From a virus: a stretch of 64,000 nt of DNA. Under the pieces are notes generated by a model. The model was not told where the DNA came from, ran no database searches, and saw nothing but the letters and a program-made list of their open reading frames with translations. Positions 30,290 through 41,995 of the stretch are shown one piece after another; position 1 is the stretch's first letter; each line of letters starts with the position of its first letter. The stretch is taken from IMG/VR virus record IMGVR_UViG_3300046332_000238, positions 1 to 64,000 of that record; one strand, written 5' to 3'. The position numbers were made by a program, and so were the translations under genes.

Positions 30290-30619
30290 GCGACGATATT
30301 AAAGAACTCATTCTGATGCGAATGGATCGTCTGTATCAAGAACTACCCATTGAGTGGTGTGGGTATGCTTTGAGTGCTATTGAAGATATTGAGAAATTAT
30401 TGTATTCCGTTGAGGACGCTCCTGAGAAAAAAATTTAGGAGAGAAAAGATAGAAAATTTAGTGGATGCTTGGGAGCTCCAGAAAATAAATTTTGGAGAAA
30501 AAGAGTTTGACCAGGTGGTGCTTTTTATTAACTTCATACACACTATACCATGCACCCCCTATAACCCCATAACACTGCTCATCCGCTAGTGCCCGCTAGT
30601 GCTCACCACCAACCACTGC

Positions 30620-31263
30620 TCAACCCCAGCCCAAGTCCTCCTCCGAACGAGCATCCGAATAAGCCTGTGCCGCAATTCGAGTTTCCACCAAGTCCATATA
30701 ATATTCGAAGTCCTCTAGCGATACAGTGCCCGCCTGTATTGCTGCAAATATATCAGAGCGACTGGAGTATTGTATATCGGTTTTAGTCATTTTGTTACTC
30801 CTCTTCCATTTCTTCTGTATCAATACCGACCACACTGTCCACGCCATCCAGACCATACAGGCGAGTGATGATATTGTTTTCCATTTGAGTGGCATCCTCA
30901 TATGAGTCCGCTTCTACTTGTACTGCCACGTTAATAGTGTATGTTGCCATTTTATTGTGTCCTTTTGTTATCACTTTGTTAGTCAATGAAACCATTATAC
31001 GCTGTGGCAGGATAATGGCAACCACTATTTTACAGATATTCTACCACTTCCAGCACGTCCACTGGTTGACCTAATTCGGACTCAGCATAACCTAACTGGT
31101 CAAAACCTAACAGCAGAGCGCGCTCTTTGGAGAAATCATATTCCTTGGCCAGCCGTACGGACTCAGCATCCACATAAGCCAGCACGTCTTTTACCGAACC
31201 GAAAACACCCAACAGGTCCGAACCCTCATAATCATTGAAACCTACCAGCGAGAATACTTTCAT
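30620..31263 (-). CDS. Three small acidic early ORFs (31263-31030, 30950-30795, 30790-30620)
   Basis: Each with AGGA-type RBS; the first two have their own promoter. Confidence 0.6.
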
Positions 31264-31318
31264 TTTTTTGTCCTTTTCTTTAGTTGATGAAACCATTATA
31301 CTGGTCTGGAGGATATTG

Positions 31319-31972
31319 TCAAGCGGCTTTCAGCATAATAACCTTTTTCATTTTGTGGCCGTGGGACGGATATGCAATGGTCTCCACGGTCTTGTCATAG
31401 CAAGCACGGCAACCATTACACTTGCCATCGGTTTCATAGGCACCGCATGGCTTAGTGCCTGCTGGTGGAGTGGTACCCATTGGGTATATCACTGAACCGT
31501 GGACGCCTTTGGTGAATTCACCTACAACCGAATCAGCAGAGAAGCGAACCATTACATTGTCAAGCGCTTGCATTTTCGCTATGATGGCATTGAATTTTGG
31601 AAACTTAGCCATGCGAGTGGGCAACCAGTGTTTTACCTGTGGAGTAGCTTCCATAACAGCAAGCATTTTCTCTGCCAAGTCCACCGAATACATATCACCA
31701 GAATCGAACCAGCGGAAGAATTTCTGCTTTTTCAGTGATGATACCATATCAGCAACAAAACCTTCACGCTTCCAGTCCTCCTTGTTGAATTCACGGGGAG
31801 CCTTGACGGTCTTGAAAGCATACATGCCAGTGGTTGCATAGCAGCCAGAGCAAGCGTCAACCAGTTTGCCATTGGCACCGATTGAACCAGGACAGGTGTC
31901 CAGTGCTTGCAGGGACCAGGACAGGATGCCATCCAGCTTGGAAGTTTTGGAGAGTTTCAAAGTGGTTTTCAT
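31319..31972 (-). CDS. GP88-family Cys-rich protein
   Basis: TCPG..ACSGCYA, FRWFDSGD, HWLPTR, C..C..CRAC. Confidence 0.7.
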   Translation of the reverse strand: MKTTLKLSKTSKLDGILSWSLQALDTCPGSIGANGKLVDACSGCYATTGMYAFKTVKAPREFNKEDWKREGFVADMVSSLKKQKFFRWFDSGDMYSVDLAEKMLAVMEATPQVKHWLPTRMAKFPKFNAIIAKMQALDNVMVRFSADSVVGEFTKGVHGSVIYPMGTTPPAGTKPCGAYETDGKCNGCRACYDKTVETIAYPSHGHKMKKVIMLKAA

Positions 31973-32037
31973 AATTTTGCTTTCGTTTCTTTAGTGTATG
32001 GTGTTATTTTACAGGAGACCAGGTTATTGGCAACAGC

Positions 32038-32238
32038 TTATTTGCCAGTCATAAAATCAACCTGGTCTTGCATTTCCTGCAACACCTTTGGATTTTGCGC
32101 CATCAACCGCTGCAGCAGACCCATAGCGTAACCAAAACCGAAGGCGGCCTGTCCTTCATCGGACATATCATTCACGCGGTTACGGATGGCTGCTTCTAAC
32201 TGAATTGATACTGCTCTTGCTTTTTCTACGTTTTTCAT
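32038..32238 (-). CDS. Hypothetical early protein
   Basis: ORF with RBS directly behind promoter 32273-32300. Confidence 0.55.
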   Translation of the reverse strand: MKNVEKARAVSIQLEAAIRNRVNDMSDEGQAAFGFGYAMGLLQRLMAQNPKVLQEMQDQVDFMTGK

Positions 32239-32272
32239 TTTTTACCTTTCGCTTTATCTAATCAATACAGCC

Positions 32273-32402
32273 ATTCTACAGGAGACCATCCTATTGGCAA
32301 TGGTTTGTGGCAAACTTTTTTGTGTTGTTTTTTGGCAACATCCTGGGTTCCAGGAGATTTTCGCGCCCAGGAGCTTGCCAATATCCTGGACACCTGTAGA
32401 AT
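32273..32402. promoter_or_regulatory. Divergent early promoter pair with central TGTTG-N8-CAACA palindrome
   Basis: Minus TTGCCA-16-TAGAAT (32300-32273); plus TTGCCA-16-TAGAAT (32375-32402); palindrome 32323-32340. Confidence 0.75.
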
Positions 32403-32976
32403 CCTTATCATACAATCAAATAAGAAAGCAAATTATGAAAACAGCAATTATTGTCCTGGTCTCCCTTATCACTGGTGCCTATTTTAACCAATTGGTTTTG
32501 AATGCCACCGCGTTTACCTGTAAAGCAGGCGTGGACTGTATCGTAGGGATGGCTAGAATGATTTTGCAAATATTTGCCTAATCTGGTTGCCAATAGTGGC
32601 ACCACCTGTAAAATGGTTGTATTGAATAAAGAAAAGGAAATAAAATGATAGAATTATTGGTCGTGATAGCATTATCGGTCGTTATTCTAATAGTAAAAGC
32701 ATCCTTTCTGGATTATCTTGATAGTATAAGGAAGTAATATGGAAAAGGCATTGGTATTAATGGTGGGTATTCTGGCAGTGGTGGCATTAATGGTTGATAT
32801 TATTATAATGGTCAAATTATGAAACTGGTTGTTTATAGTGGTCTAGTATGCCTGCTTAATCTGGCGCTGTTATTATACGTTGGAATGCAGCATTAATGAT
32901 TCCTGGATGGAGAGCAAAGCGATCAAAACCGTCACGGAGTGCTTGCCAATTGCAGCGGTGCCTGTAAAATGGTTGT

Positions 32977-33076
32977 ATTGATTCGAAAGGCAAGACCTGG
33001 GGTGGACGTAGGGAGCGACCATATGGGAGACTCCGACTATCGCCCGCAGTAAATTGATAGTCACAATGTGCTTGCC
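32977..33076 (+). ncRNA. Candidate structured small RNA
   Basis: Promoter with no substantial ORF; GC-rich; stems GGCAAG/CTTGCC, GGAG/CTCC, GACTATC/GATAGTC. Confidence 0.4.
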
Positions 33077-33932
33077 AAGTATTCCTGGACGGAGAGCAAA
33101 CCGTATAAACTCAGCGAAAAACAATGGTTACCGGCGCTTGCCAATATCCTGTAGACCTGTAAAATGGTTGTATTGAATCGATAAACAGGAGACACCATGA
33201 GCATTGACAATATGAAAACCTTCTCAAAAGAGCAAGTGGCTCAGTCCATGATTGAATTTTTGACAACCACTGCCTATACTGTAACCACCACCCGCACTGT
33301 AAAACGTAGAAAACCTGCAAAAAATAGTGCGGTTGTTGCGTATAAACAACAGCAGACTGCTTGACAATAGTATCAGACACTGTATAATCTTATCATACAC
33401 TGAAAAAACGAAAGAGAAAAACATTATGAAAAAAACAATAACACTAGAATTTACACAATCTCAATTAGATATTATCTATGATGCTTTGTCAGAATATGAT
33501 AATATGATTGATGATGGCGAAGAAAAAGACATTATTGATGAAATAAACGATATAATGTCGATTCAATTTTTAAAATCATTATATTAATAACAGTTTAAAC
33601 TGATAATACTCAGTGTATTATTAAAATCATTATAATGCTCACAGTTTATACTGGAATATAATGTTTTTAATAATAAATTAATAATCGCAACACATTATAA
33701 GGAAATAATACTATGATTAAAGATAAAATCTCGATGGATGATGCTGAGAATATGTTCCGTGATTGTTTGGATTCGGATGCTGACTCACCAGTAATGGTTG
33801 CAGGTTGTTTATTCAATGCTTCTGAGATACTGGAAACATTGGATCCAATTGCATATAAAGAGTCCTTTATGTGTTATTTGAATTCTCTGGCTGATGATCT
33901 GGTCATTGAAGGTTATAACGATTAATAATAGT

Positions 33933-34000
33933 CAGGTAAACTTTCAGGTAACATTTTAGGTAAACTTTCAGGTAACATTTTAGGTAAACTTTCAAGTAAA
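33933..34000. repeat. 12-nt-period tandem repeat (C/T)AGGTAA(AC/CA)TTT, about 5.5 units
   Basis: caggtaaacttt caggtaacattt taggtaaacttt caggtaacattt taggtaaacttt caagtaaa. Confidence 0.9.
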
Positions 34001-34315
34001 GGTATTATATTATGAGTAAAATGGCAGAGATAGCAATGCGGCTGGATGATCTTGAGGTACTATTATATGATAAAGGTCTAGGTGACGCTGAGGTGCAAGC
34101 AGAGGCCAGTTTATTGTGTGAGATTGGTTTCACTGATGAAGTCCGAGCGTTATTCTATGAGTTTGAGAATATGCTTTATGAGGGCTCAGAGTATTAATTT
34201 CGTGGCGTCCTGGTTAATCCTGTGCGGTTTCGGCAAGGTTACCGGATCGCACACAGAAACTAAGACCTCATGGGTAACGATATACCGCGACACCTCCGCG
34301 CAATATTTCGCGTGC

Positions 34316-34356
34316 TGTGGATAACTCTGTGGACAACTGTTATTCTCTGTGGATAA
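34316..34356 (-). promoter_or_regulatory. Cluster of DnaA boxes
   Basis: TGTGGATAA (=TTATCCACA) at 34316 and 34348; one-mismatch TGTGGACAA at 34328; intergenic. Confidence 0.65.
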
Positions 34357-36396
34357 CTTAGTAGTCAGGTAAGCATTTAGGTAACTTTTTTTTATTAATC
34401 AATAGGTTAACTATAAGGGATATGATTATTACCCTTCTAATTACTCTATTATATTACTATGTTGTATCTACGCAACACTGGATTATTGCCATTTGCCTTG
34501 GTATCTGTATAATGGTGTCTAACGGTTAGTGATTTGAATGAATTACTCTTTTTAAAGGATATTATTATGTTTAATCGTACACTGGTTATTAATGAATTGA
34601 TTGATAATGATTTTGATACTATTATGAATTCTGATTATGGTCCTGAACTATTGAGAGAATATCTGGCATCTGGTTTTATTGGTTATAATAATATGACAGA
34701 TGAGCAATTGGTTGCGGAGATGAATGAGCGGGATATTTCTTATCTCTATTCTGAATTGACGACGGAGGAATGATTATGTCATTTAATACAGTAGGTGGAC
34801 GTGGTGATGTATGTGTAATGCGTATGTATCGTGGTGTTCCTACGGCATTTCAGGTACTGAACTATAAAGAGTATTCAGGTTGTTTTTCTCTATTATATTG
34901 AGGTAATGATTATGTAGGTTGTATCTGAACGGATTTATTATAAAGTATCCTATAACAGTCCTGCTGATGGTATGAAAGTGGTGTCCTTTGATAATACCCT
35001 TCATGCTTATGAGTATTATAGTGAAAAGAAACAATCGGACTATAAAATGGTTACATTACATCGGGTTATAGAATCGGTGCATATGGAAGAACTAATGAGT
35101 TAATGGAGTGGATAATGAACGAACGAATTAAAGAACTTGCTAAACGGGCAGGTGGACAAGGACTTGTGGTCAAAGATTTTATTGATACTGAAAAGTTCGC
35201 CATGTTGATTATACAGGAATGTGCTGACATTGCCAAGCACCATGTGATGAATATATCAACTTATGGTGATGCTGAATTTGTTGATGAACAGATTAAAGAT
35301 CATTTTGGAGTCAAATAATTAGTGAGGTATCATTATGAACGAACGAATTAAAGAACTACAAGAAGAAATAAACCAAATAGAAAAACAATTAGAAAAAGAA
35401 AAACTATTAGAAGAAATTTGGTTGGAATTGGGTCCTTATACTCCGCATCTAAGCAATGAATTGCGGCATAGGTTACAGGACTATTTTAATTTTGATGATT
35501 CGGAGTGATTATGAATGAATTGATTAAAGAATTTTTTCTCAAGTCGGGTGGACGTTTTTCATTTGATGAGAATGGTAGCCCATATCAATTTGAACAAGAT
35601 GAACTAGAAAAGTTTGCCATGTTGATTATACAGGAATGTGCCGACTTTATTGATTCTAAACTTGAAATGACCAAGTATAGTGGTGAAGTTGTTTCATGGG
35701 CTGATGGCGAGGATATTAAAGATCATTTTGGAGTGAAATAATTATGTTTACAATTAATCTGGTGTGTTTTGGACTGGCATCGGCAGTATTAGTAGAACAA
35801 ATGATGGAAGGTGCAAACTTTAGGACTATATTATTCACCTTTACAGTGGTGGTATTAAACCTTGCCGCAGTGGTTACTAACCTATGAATTTTTATTATAA
35901 GATAGTAAAAGACTGGGACATTAATGCCTTTGAGAATAAGGTTATAAAGTTAATGGTTGACGGTTGGACGTGTCAAGGAGGCGTATCCATGACGATTAGT
36001 ACCAATGGTGAGCGCAACTATGCACAAGCAATGACATATAAGGGATTATAATGCGGTACAAATACACAGCACCAAAACCAAAACGGCATCAATTACATGG
36101 ATTATCTCCTAGTGAATTCAAGAGCATATTAAAACGGCGTGGTTATACATTTAAACGTGATTTTATGAAATATGGTTGCGTGGCAAAGTATAAGAACAGA
36201 TTATATCGTTTCCGTTGGTATTCTGATGGAGAGTTTTTTGTTGATAAGTCCTGTATTATGTCCGAGTTTGACCGATGGGCAAATTCAGTGGATGAAGTGA
36301 AAACATTTTATAACTGGTTGGAATCGTAAAATTGATGCTTGCCAATAGGATTCTATACTGTACAATGGAGTCCTAAGTCGATGAAAGGACACCAAA

Positions 36397-36852
36397 ATGA
36401 AAAAAGGCGAAATGCTTGACAAAATGTTAATGATGGCAACTAATGCACACCATGGTCAATTTGATAAAGGCGGTGCACCATATATTCTCCATCCATTAAA
36501 AGTAATGCACTATTTAAAATCGGATGATGAAGAACTAATGTGTATTGCATTAGGCCATGATATAATCGAAGATACAGCAACCACATGGGCAGATTTGCGT
36601 GCTGCTGGTATGACCGAACGTGTTATTACTGGTATTGCTGCATTAACTAAAATGCCTGGTCAAACCTATGATGAATATAAAGAACGTGTATTTGCCAGTG
36701 CCGATGCAATGCGAGTTAAAATGGCAGATTTACGTCATAATACTGATATTCGCCGTTTAAAAGGTGTTACCAGTAAGGATGCAGCACGGATTGCCAAATA
36801 CCATGTGTTTTATATGGACATTAAAGCTAAACTGAAAGAATTGGAGGAATAA
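36397..36852 (+). CDS. HD-domain (p)ppGpp hydrolase-like protein (SpoT/Mesh1 type)
   Basis: AHHGQFDKGGAPYILHP, GHDIIEDT, VKMADLRHN. Confidence 0.85.
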   Translation: MKKGEMLDKMLMMATNAHHGQFDKGGAPYILHPLKVMHYLKSDDEELMCIALGHDIIEDTATTWADLRAAGMTERVITGIAALTKMPGQTYDEYKERVFASADAMRVKMADLRHNTDIRRLKGVTSKDAARIAKYHVFYMDIKAKLKELEE

Positions 36853-37256
36853 TGAAAGTTGTTATTAATAAGTCTTATGGTGGTTTTGGTTTATCTCATG
36901 ATGCGGTTATGTTATATGCCAAGAATAAAGGCATAACATTATATTGTGACGATTCGGAGAGTTGGTTAACTTATTATCTGTGTCCGGTTGAGGAGTATAA
37001 GAAAATTGAGCGTGAAGAACAATTAAAACCAGTTGGACCTAATCGGTATGAGAAAACAAATGCTATGAGTTTCTCTTATCGTGATATACCACGAAATGAT
37101 CCAGTATTGGTTGAAGTGGTTGAACAACTAGGAGTTAACGCCAATGGTAAGTATGCCAGTTTAAAGGTGGTTAATATTCCAGACAGTGTGGCATATGAAA
37201 TTAGCGAGTATGATGGCATGGAGCATATTGCTGAAGTCCACCGCACATGGGACTGA
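36852..37256 (+). CDS. Phage hypothetical protein
   Basis: KVVINKSYGGFGLS...RNDPVLVEVVEQLG...EYDGME. Confidence 0.6.
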   Translation: MKVVINKSYGGFGLSHDAVMLYAKNKGITLYCDDSESWLTYYLCPVEEYKKIEREEQLKPVGPNRYEKTNAMSFSYRDIPRNDPVLVEVVEQLGVNANGKYASLKVVNIPDSVAYEISEYDGMEHIAEVHRTWD

Positions 37257-37873
37257 GTGTTGTAAAAATACAACAGCGAAGCGTGCAAATAGTTGCCACT
37301 AACCGTTGCCAATAGGAACCGACACTGTATAATGGTTGTATTGAATGAGAGAACAAGGAGACAACATGAGTGCAGTCGGTTTCGAGATTAAAGTACTGGA
37401 TATCGCGTCCAAGTATCTGGACGGTGGTGAACGCGCAGAATTCTATAATGGCACATTGGTTCTGGAGTGTATAGAATCCAATTCCCGTAAGATATTTTCC
37501 CAGTTAATGAGAGAATTTGATAATAAAGTTAATGTGTCTAAAGTAGAATTCGACACTTATTTGATTGATTTTATTGAATAAGGCAGTATAATGAACAGTT
37601 TAAACCGAAAACGGCGAATTGCCACAGCATTATACAATGATATGATTATAATGCAATTGGAAATGATTGACCAAGCGGTAGAATGGTCTGATTTGCGAGA
37701 TGCAATTGAACTTATTAATTATATTAAAGGCCTAAAATGATATTGAATTCGGTGGTGCGTGAGGAAATGGTACAATCTATTCTGGCTAATGATATATTCG
37801 GTGCTCTTTGCATTGATTATATGGATATGATGTCTGACGGTGAAGTTGTTTCACTTTATACTGGAGAATAATA

Positions 37874-38182
37874 ATGGAAAATAAAATCAATGATTATTTG
37901 GATTATCTGAAGTCAGATTATAAAAAATGGGGTGATAATGTACATATTAGTTCGTCAATGTATATTGAATACTGTGATGGAGTATCGGTCAAATATGGCA
38001 GCAAATATGCCAAGGTGAGTAATAAGGGTTCGACCCATTCTTTTGTTGTATTAAAAGATAATGGCAAGTTTAAAAAAGGTGATATATTGAAGGCAGCAAG
38101 TTTCTCTGCTCCCGCAACCAATAAGTCGCGTGGTAATGTATTAACCGATGAATATGGTGTTATTTCGTGGGCAGGTGCATAA
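37874..38182 (+). CDS. Phage hypothetical protein
   Basis: GSKYAKV, GDILKAASFSAPA..RGNV. Confidence 0.6.
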   Translation: MENKINDYLDYLKSDYKKWGDNVHISSSMYIEYCDGVSVKYGSKYAKVSNKGSTHSFVVLKDNGKFKKGDILKAASFSAPATNKSRGNVLTDEYGVISWAGA

Positions 38183-41155
38183 TATGAAATTATATATTTG
38201 GACGCAAGACCAAGAGAATTATGGGGATGAAACCAACCCACACTGGAAAATGAAGGGTGGCACTGATTATTTTATTCCCAATTTTAAGGGTAATGATACA
38301 GAAGTCACTATAGCCATTATGGGTGTTCGTAATCAAATTGAGGAAGATAATCCATTTTTCAGAAGCAATATTATGGGATGGAAAATCGTCAAAGATGATT
38401 ATTTGACCGAACTTGAAAAGTACCAATTGGAATATGAGGGCGGTATTACATTTAAAACAAGAGAAATTATCTGGTAATTAATGTGTTGTTTTTTGGCAAC
38501 AACATGGTTGACAATAGGAACCTGTTCTGTATAATGGTCTGTATTGATTGATTAGGAGACAATATGAAAATTCGAGTGATTGTGAACGGTATTTCTTTTT
38601 ATACAACTAAAAAGGCATTGAAGTCTGGAATGGTCGGAGATGACACCAACGTGAATTGTGCGGTCGGTATCGCATACAATGATATGGTGGCGGGTGGATA
38701 CGCTGGAATAGCGACCACAACCCGCCATTATGATTCCAAGATGAAGCAGCACGTTTATCAGGTTCAGATATCATAATTGCAATGTGTTGTTTTTGTGCAA
38801 CATCGAAAAAGATTGTTGCCATTAGGAACCCAGACTGTATAATGGTTGTATTGAATCGATAAAGAAAGCAAATTATGAAATTAACCAATGCCAAGCGTGA
38901 CGAATTGCAAGAATTGTATGCTACCCGTGTTATTGATGATATGTCAATTGAGGAGATATTAAAATTTGCATATGAGACCGTTTTAAGTAACATGGATAAT
39001 CTGCCGCAGGATGAGTTTATCGAAAAAGTAAAGTTGTTTCACCCTGACCTATTGGAGGAATAATGTATCGTTGCATATGTGATAATGGTGATAAGTCTAT
39101 TCTATTGGATTGCATTGATGATGCCATTGAATGGGGTTATGAATCAAATATGGATTTTATTATCGTGGATGCAAAAGGCGATGAAGTCTGTATTTCAAAT
39201 GATTATGCAGTATAACATAAAGGAATAAAAAATGCAAGTACAAATTACAATTAATGTAAAAGGCAATAAACTGGACGTGGAACAGATTGTTTATGAATTG
39301 TCTGAATATGTAATCGAAAAAGATTATGAAGCGTTTGAAGAAACTAATGCTGTGGATTATATTGATATTGAAGTGATCCGCACCAAACCTTACAACCAAT
39401 CTGTTTAATAATAAAGGACATAATATGCGTGGAGATTTTGCTTGGGCTTACATGATTGCTATTCTGCAAGGCAACAAATATGAACCTATTACCGCCCTCC
39501 GTATCGCGGATGAGTTGGTTTCGGGCATCGGTACGGTTACTGGTCGCCGTCAATACCTTAAACTGTCCGAACGCCTTAGCAAGACCAATGAGGCAGCAGA
39601 ATTCGCATAATTAACCAGCGATAGTGCTTGCCAACTACACCAGGACCTGTACAATGGTCGGTGTAGTGTTTTGATGATGATTATATTATAAATTGATTAG
39701 GAGCTATATTATGGAATTCAATACTGATAAACCTGAAGTAACCTCAATGTACCTGGTTAATCGTGGCAAACAAGGCAACTATTATCGCCACTATAATGCC
39801 GAAACTGACACATGGTCGCTGACTGGTGCATCCTTTCAAGAAGCCGTGGATAATATCGGTGTGCCCTCACCAATTGGTTTCTTCCCATGGGCAGGTCCTC
39901 TCACTGGTCCACTATTCAAAGAAAATGTGGAAATTGTTAATGAGACTGAAGTAAAAGAAAAATCTAAAAAGGTCAAAGTGGCCAAGGTTAAAACGGCTAA
40001 AGTAAAGGTGGCATTGTCCACTGGTACTAAAGTTAAAGCAACTAAAACCCCTAAAACTAAACTTGCTGATGGCACTATTTTCTTCCGTGAAGATCGCCAG
40101 AAGTTCGTGGTTATTGTTGATGGTAAGCAACCATGTGCCCGTCCTACTGCTGAGGGTTGCATTAAATGGCTTGCAAAGGCATTCCCTTCAATTGCACCTA
40201 TCGTTACGGAGTAATTTATAATGAATTATATTGACGATGCAGGCACATTTATTATGGGTATGATTGTTGCGCTTTTTTTTGTATTAATCTTTACAATCAT
40301 TTTTCCCCGTGAACAGATTAAACTGTATGATAATGCCATTGTTGAATGTGAAAAGACATTACCACGGAATCAGCATTGCGTAGTCATTGCTGTACCTGTT
40401 GATAAAAACTAATAAGGATTATATAATGCGTAAACAAATTAAATTATCTCTGTTACCTTATCTGTTACTGCTTACAGTAGTATTCGGTGCCATTATAGGA
40501 TGGGTATTGAATATCGTTGCCATTTTTCATGCTGATTTTAGTCATATTACTGGTGCATTAGCATTGCGTATTATTGGTGTATTCGTTGCACCGCTTGGTG
40601 CTGTTATGGGTTGGTTGTAATGCCAATATATGCTTTGATTATATGGACCGTGATTTCTGCTTCACCTAATGGTGCATTTTATGATTGGCGACCTATTGCA
40701 TCATTTAAAGGTGAATCTTTATGTAAAGAAGGTGCTAGTAAACTGGGTATTAATGTTAGTCGTTATCGCTGTATTAGATTGGAAACTCAATGAAAACAAA
40801 TGATATTAAAAAAGGTATGCGTATTCAAATGGCAAACGGTTGGAAAGGCACCATGATGGATAATGGTCGTGGTAATACCCGTATGGCAGAGATTGAAGGG
40901 TTTGAAACGGAGATTGGTTCCGTATATGCTCATGACATTATGTGGGTTGTGGTAGATAATAAGGCAGTAAAGGTCGAGCATACTGATAAACAGTTGCAAT
41001 TAAAAGAACAAATTAATACCATGTTTGCATAAAATTAAGAATAAAAAGATAAGAAATAAGAATAATAATCTGTTGTTTTTTGGCAACACCACGGTTGACA
41101 ATAGGAATCCAGACTGTATAATGGTTGTATTGAATCGATAAACAAGGAGAAATAT

Positions 41156-41995
41156 ATGCCCCGTGGCGTCCCTAAAGCAGGTTTCCGTATGACCAAGAAC
41201 CAAAAGAATGGTCCTGTTACTGTTATTAAGAACAAAGAACCAGTGCCTATGGTTGAGTCCCGATTCTCTATTAATGAGCGTTTCGGGTTCGTATCTGATA
41301 TGGTTCAGATGCTCGCAAAAGGCGACCAAGCGTCTGTGGTCGTTACAGGACCTGGTGGTCTGGGTAAGTCCCATACTGTCACCAAGGCATTAATTGCTTC
41401 TGGTCTGACCGATGTTTCATTGGTCGAGGATATGGAAGTTGGTGATGCTGTTAATACCAAGAAAACCTTCCGTTCTATTAAGGGTTATTCTACTCCAAAA
41501 GGTCTGTACAGGACTTTATATGAGAACCGCAATTCAGTTATTGTGTTTGATGATTGCGATTCTGTATTAAAGGATGCGGTATCTCTTAATCTGTTAAAAG
41601 GTGCTCTTGATTCTTATTCACGCCGTATTATCTCATGGCGTGCAGATTTTAAAGATGATGAATTGCCACAGTCATTTGAATTTAAAGGTCGAGTTGTTTT
41701 TATCTCGAATATGTCCTCTAATCAATTAGATCAAGCAATTCTGACCCGTTCAATGGCTGTTGACCTGTCAATGACCACTAAACAGAAAATCGAGCGTATG
41801 TGGTTTCTGTTAGACCAGAAAGAATTTATGCCTGAATTTACTGAAGCACAGAAGGTAGATGCTATGGTCTTGATTGAGAACCTGCAAGATGAAGTTAAGG
41901 AATTGTCCTTGAGAACATTAATTCAGGTAACAAAGATTCGCAAGAGTGCAGGTAAAAACTGGAAGAATCTTGCTGAATACACGATTGTTGGTTAA
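41156..41995 (+). CDS. AAA-type ATPase
   Basis: Walker A GPGGLGKS, Walker B IVFDDCD, FISN. Confidence 0.8.
   Translation: MPRGVPKAGFRMTKNQKNGPVTVIKNKEPVPMVESRFSINERFGFVSDMVQMLAKGDQASVVVTGPGGLGKSHTVTKALIASGLTDVSLVEDMEVGDAVNTKKTFRSIKGYSTPKGLYRTLYENRNSVIVFDDCDSVLKDAVSLNLLKGALDSYSRRIISWRADFKDDELPQSFEFKGRVVFISNMSSNQLDQAILTRSMAVDLSMTTKQKIERMWFLLDQKEFMPEFTEAQKVDAMVLIENLQDEVKELSLRTLIQVTKIRKSAGKNWKNLAEYTIVG

Larger units (their letters stand above)
32435..41032 (+). other. Early region of many small hypothetical ORFs in promoter-headed units
   Basis: Mostly 40-170 aa ORFs with RBS, many acidic or single-TM. Confidence 0.7.

Noticed and set aside
30374-30786. Plus-strand ORFs 30374-30589 and 30589-30786
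   Set aside because: GTG starts without RBS; they overlap hairpins and a better minus-strand ORF.
33933-34000. CRISPR mini-array
   Set aside because: 12-nt units abut with no spacers; no cas genes in the window.
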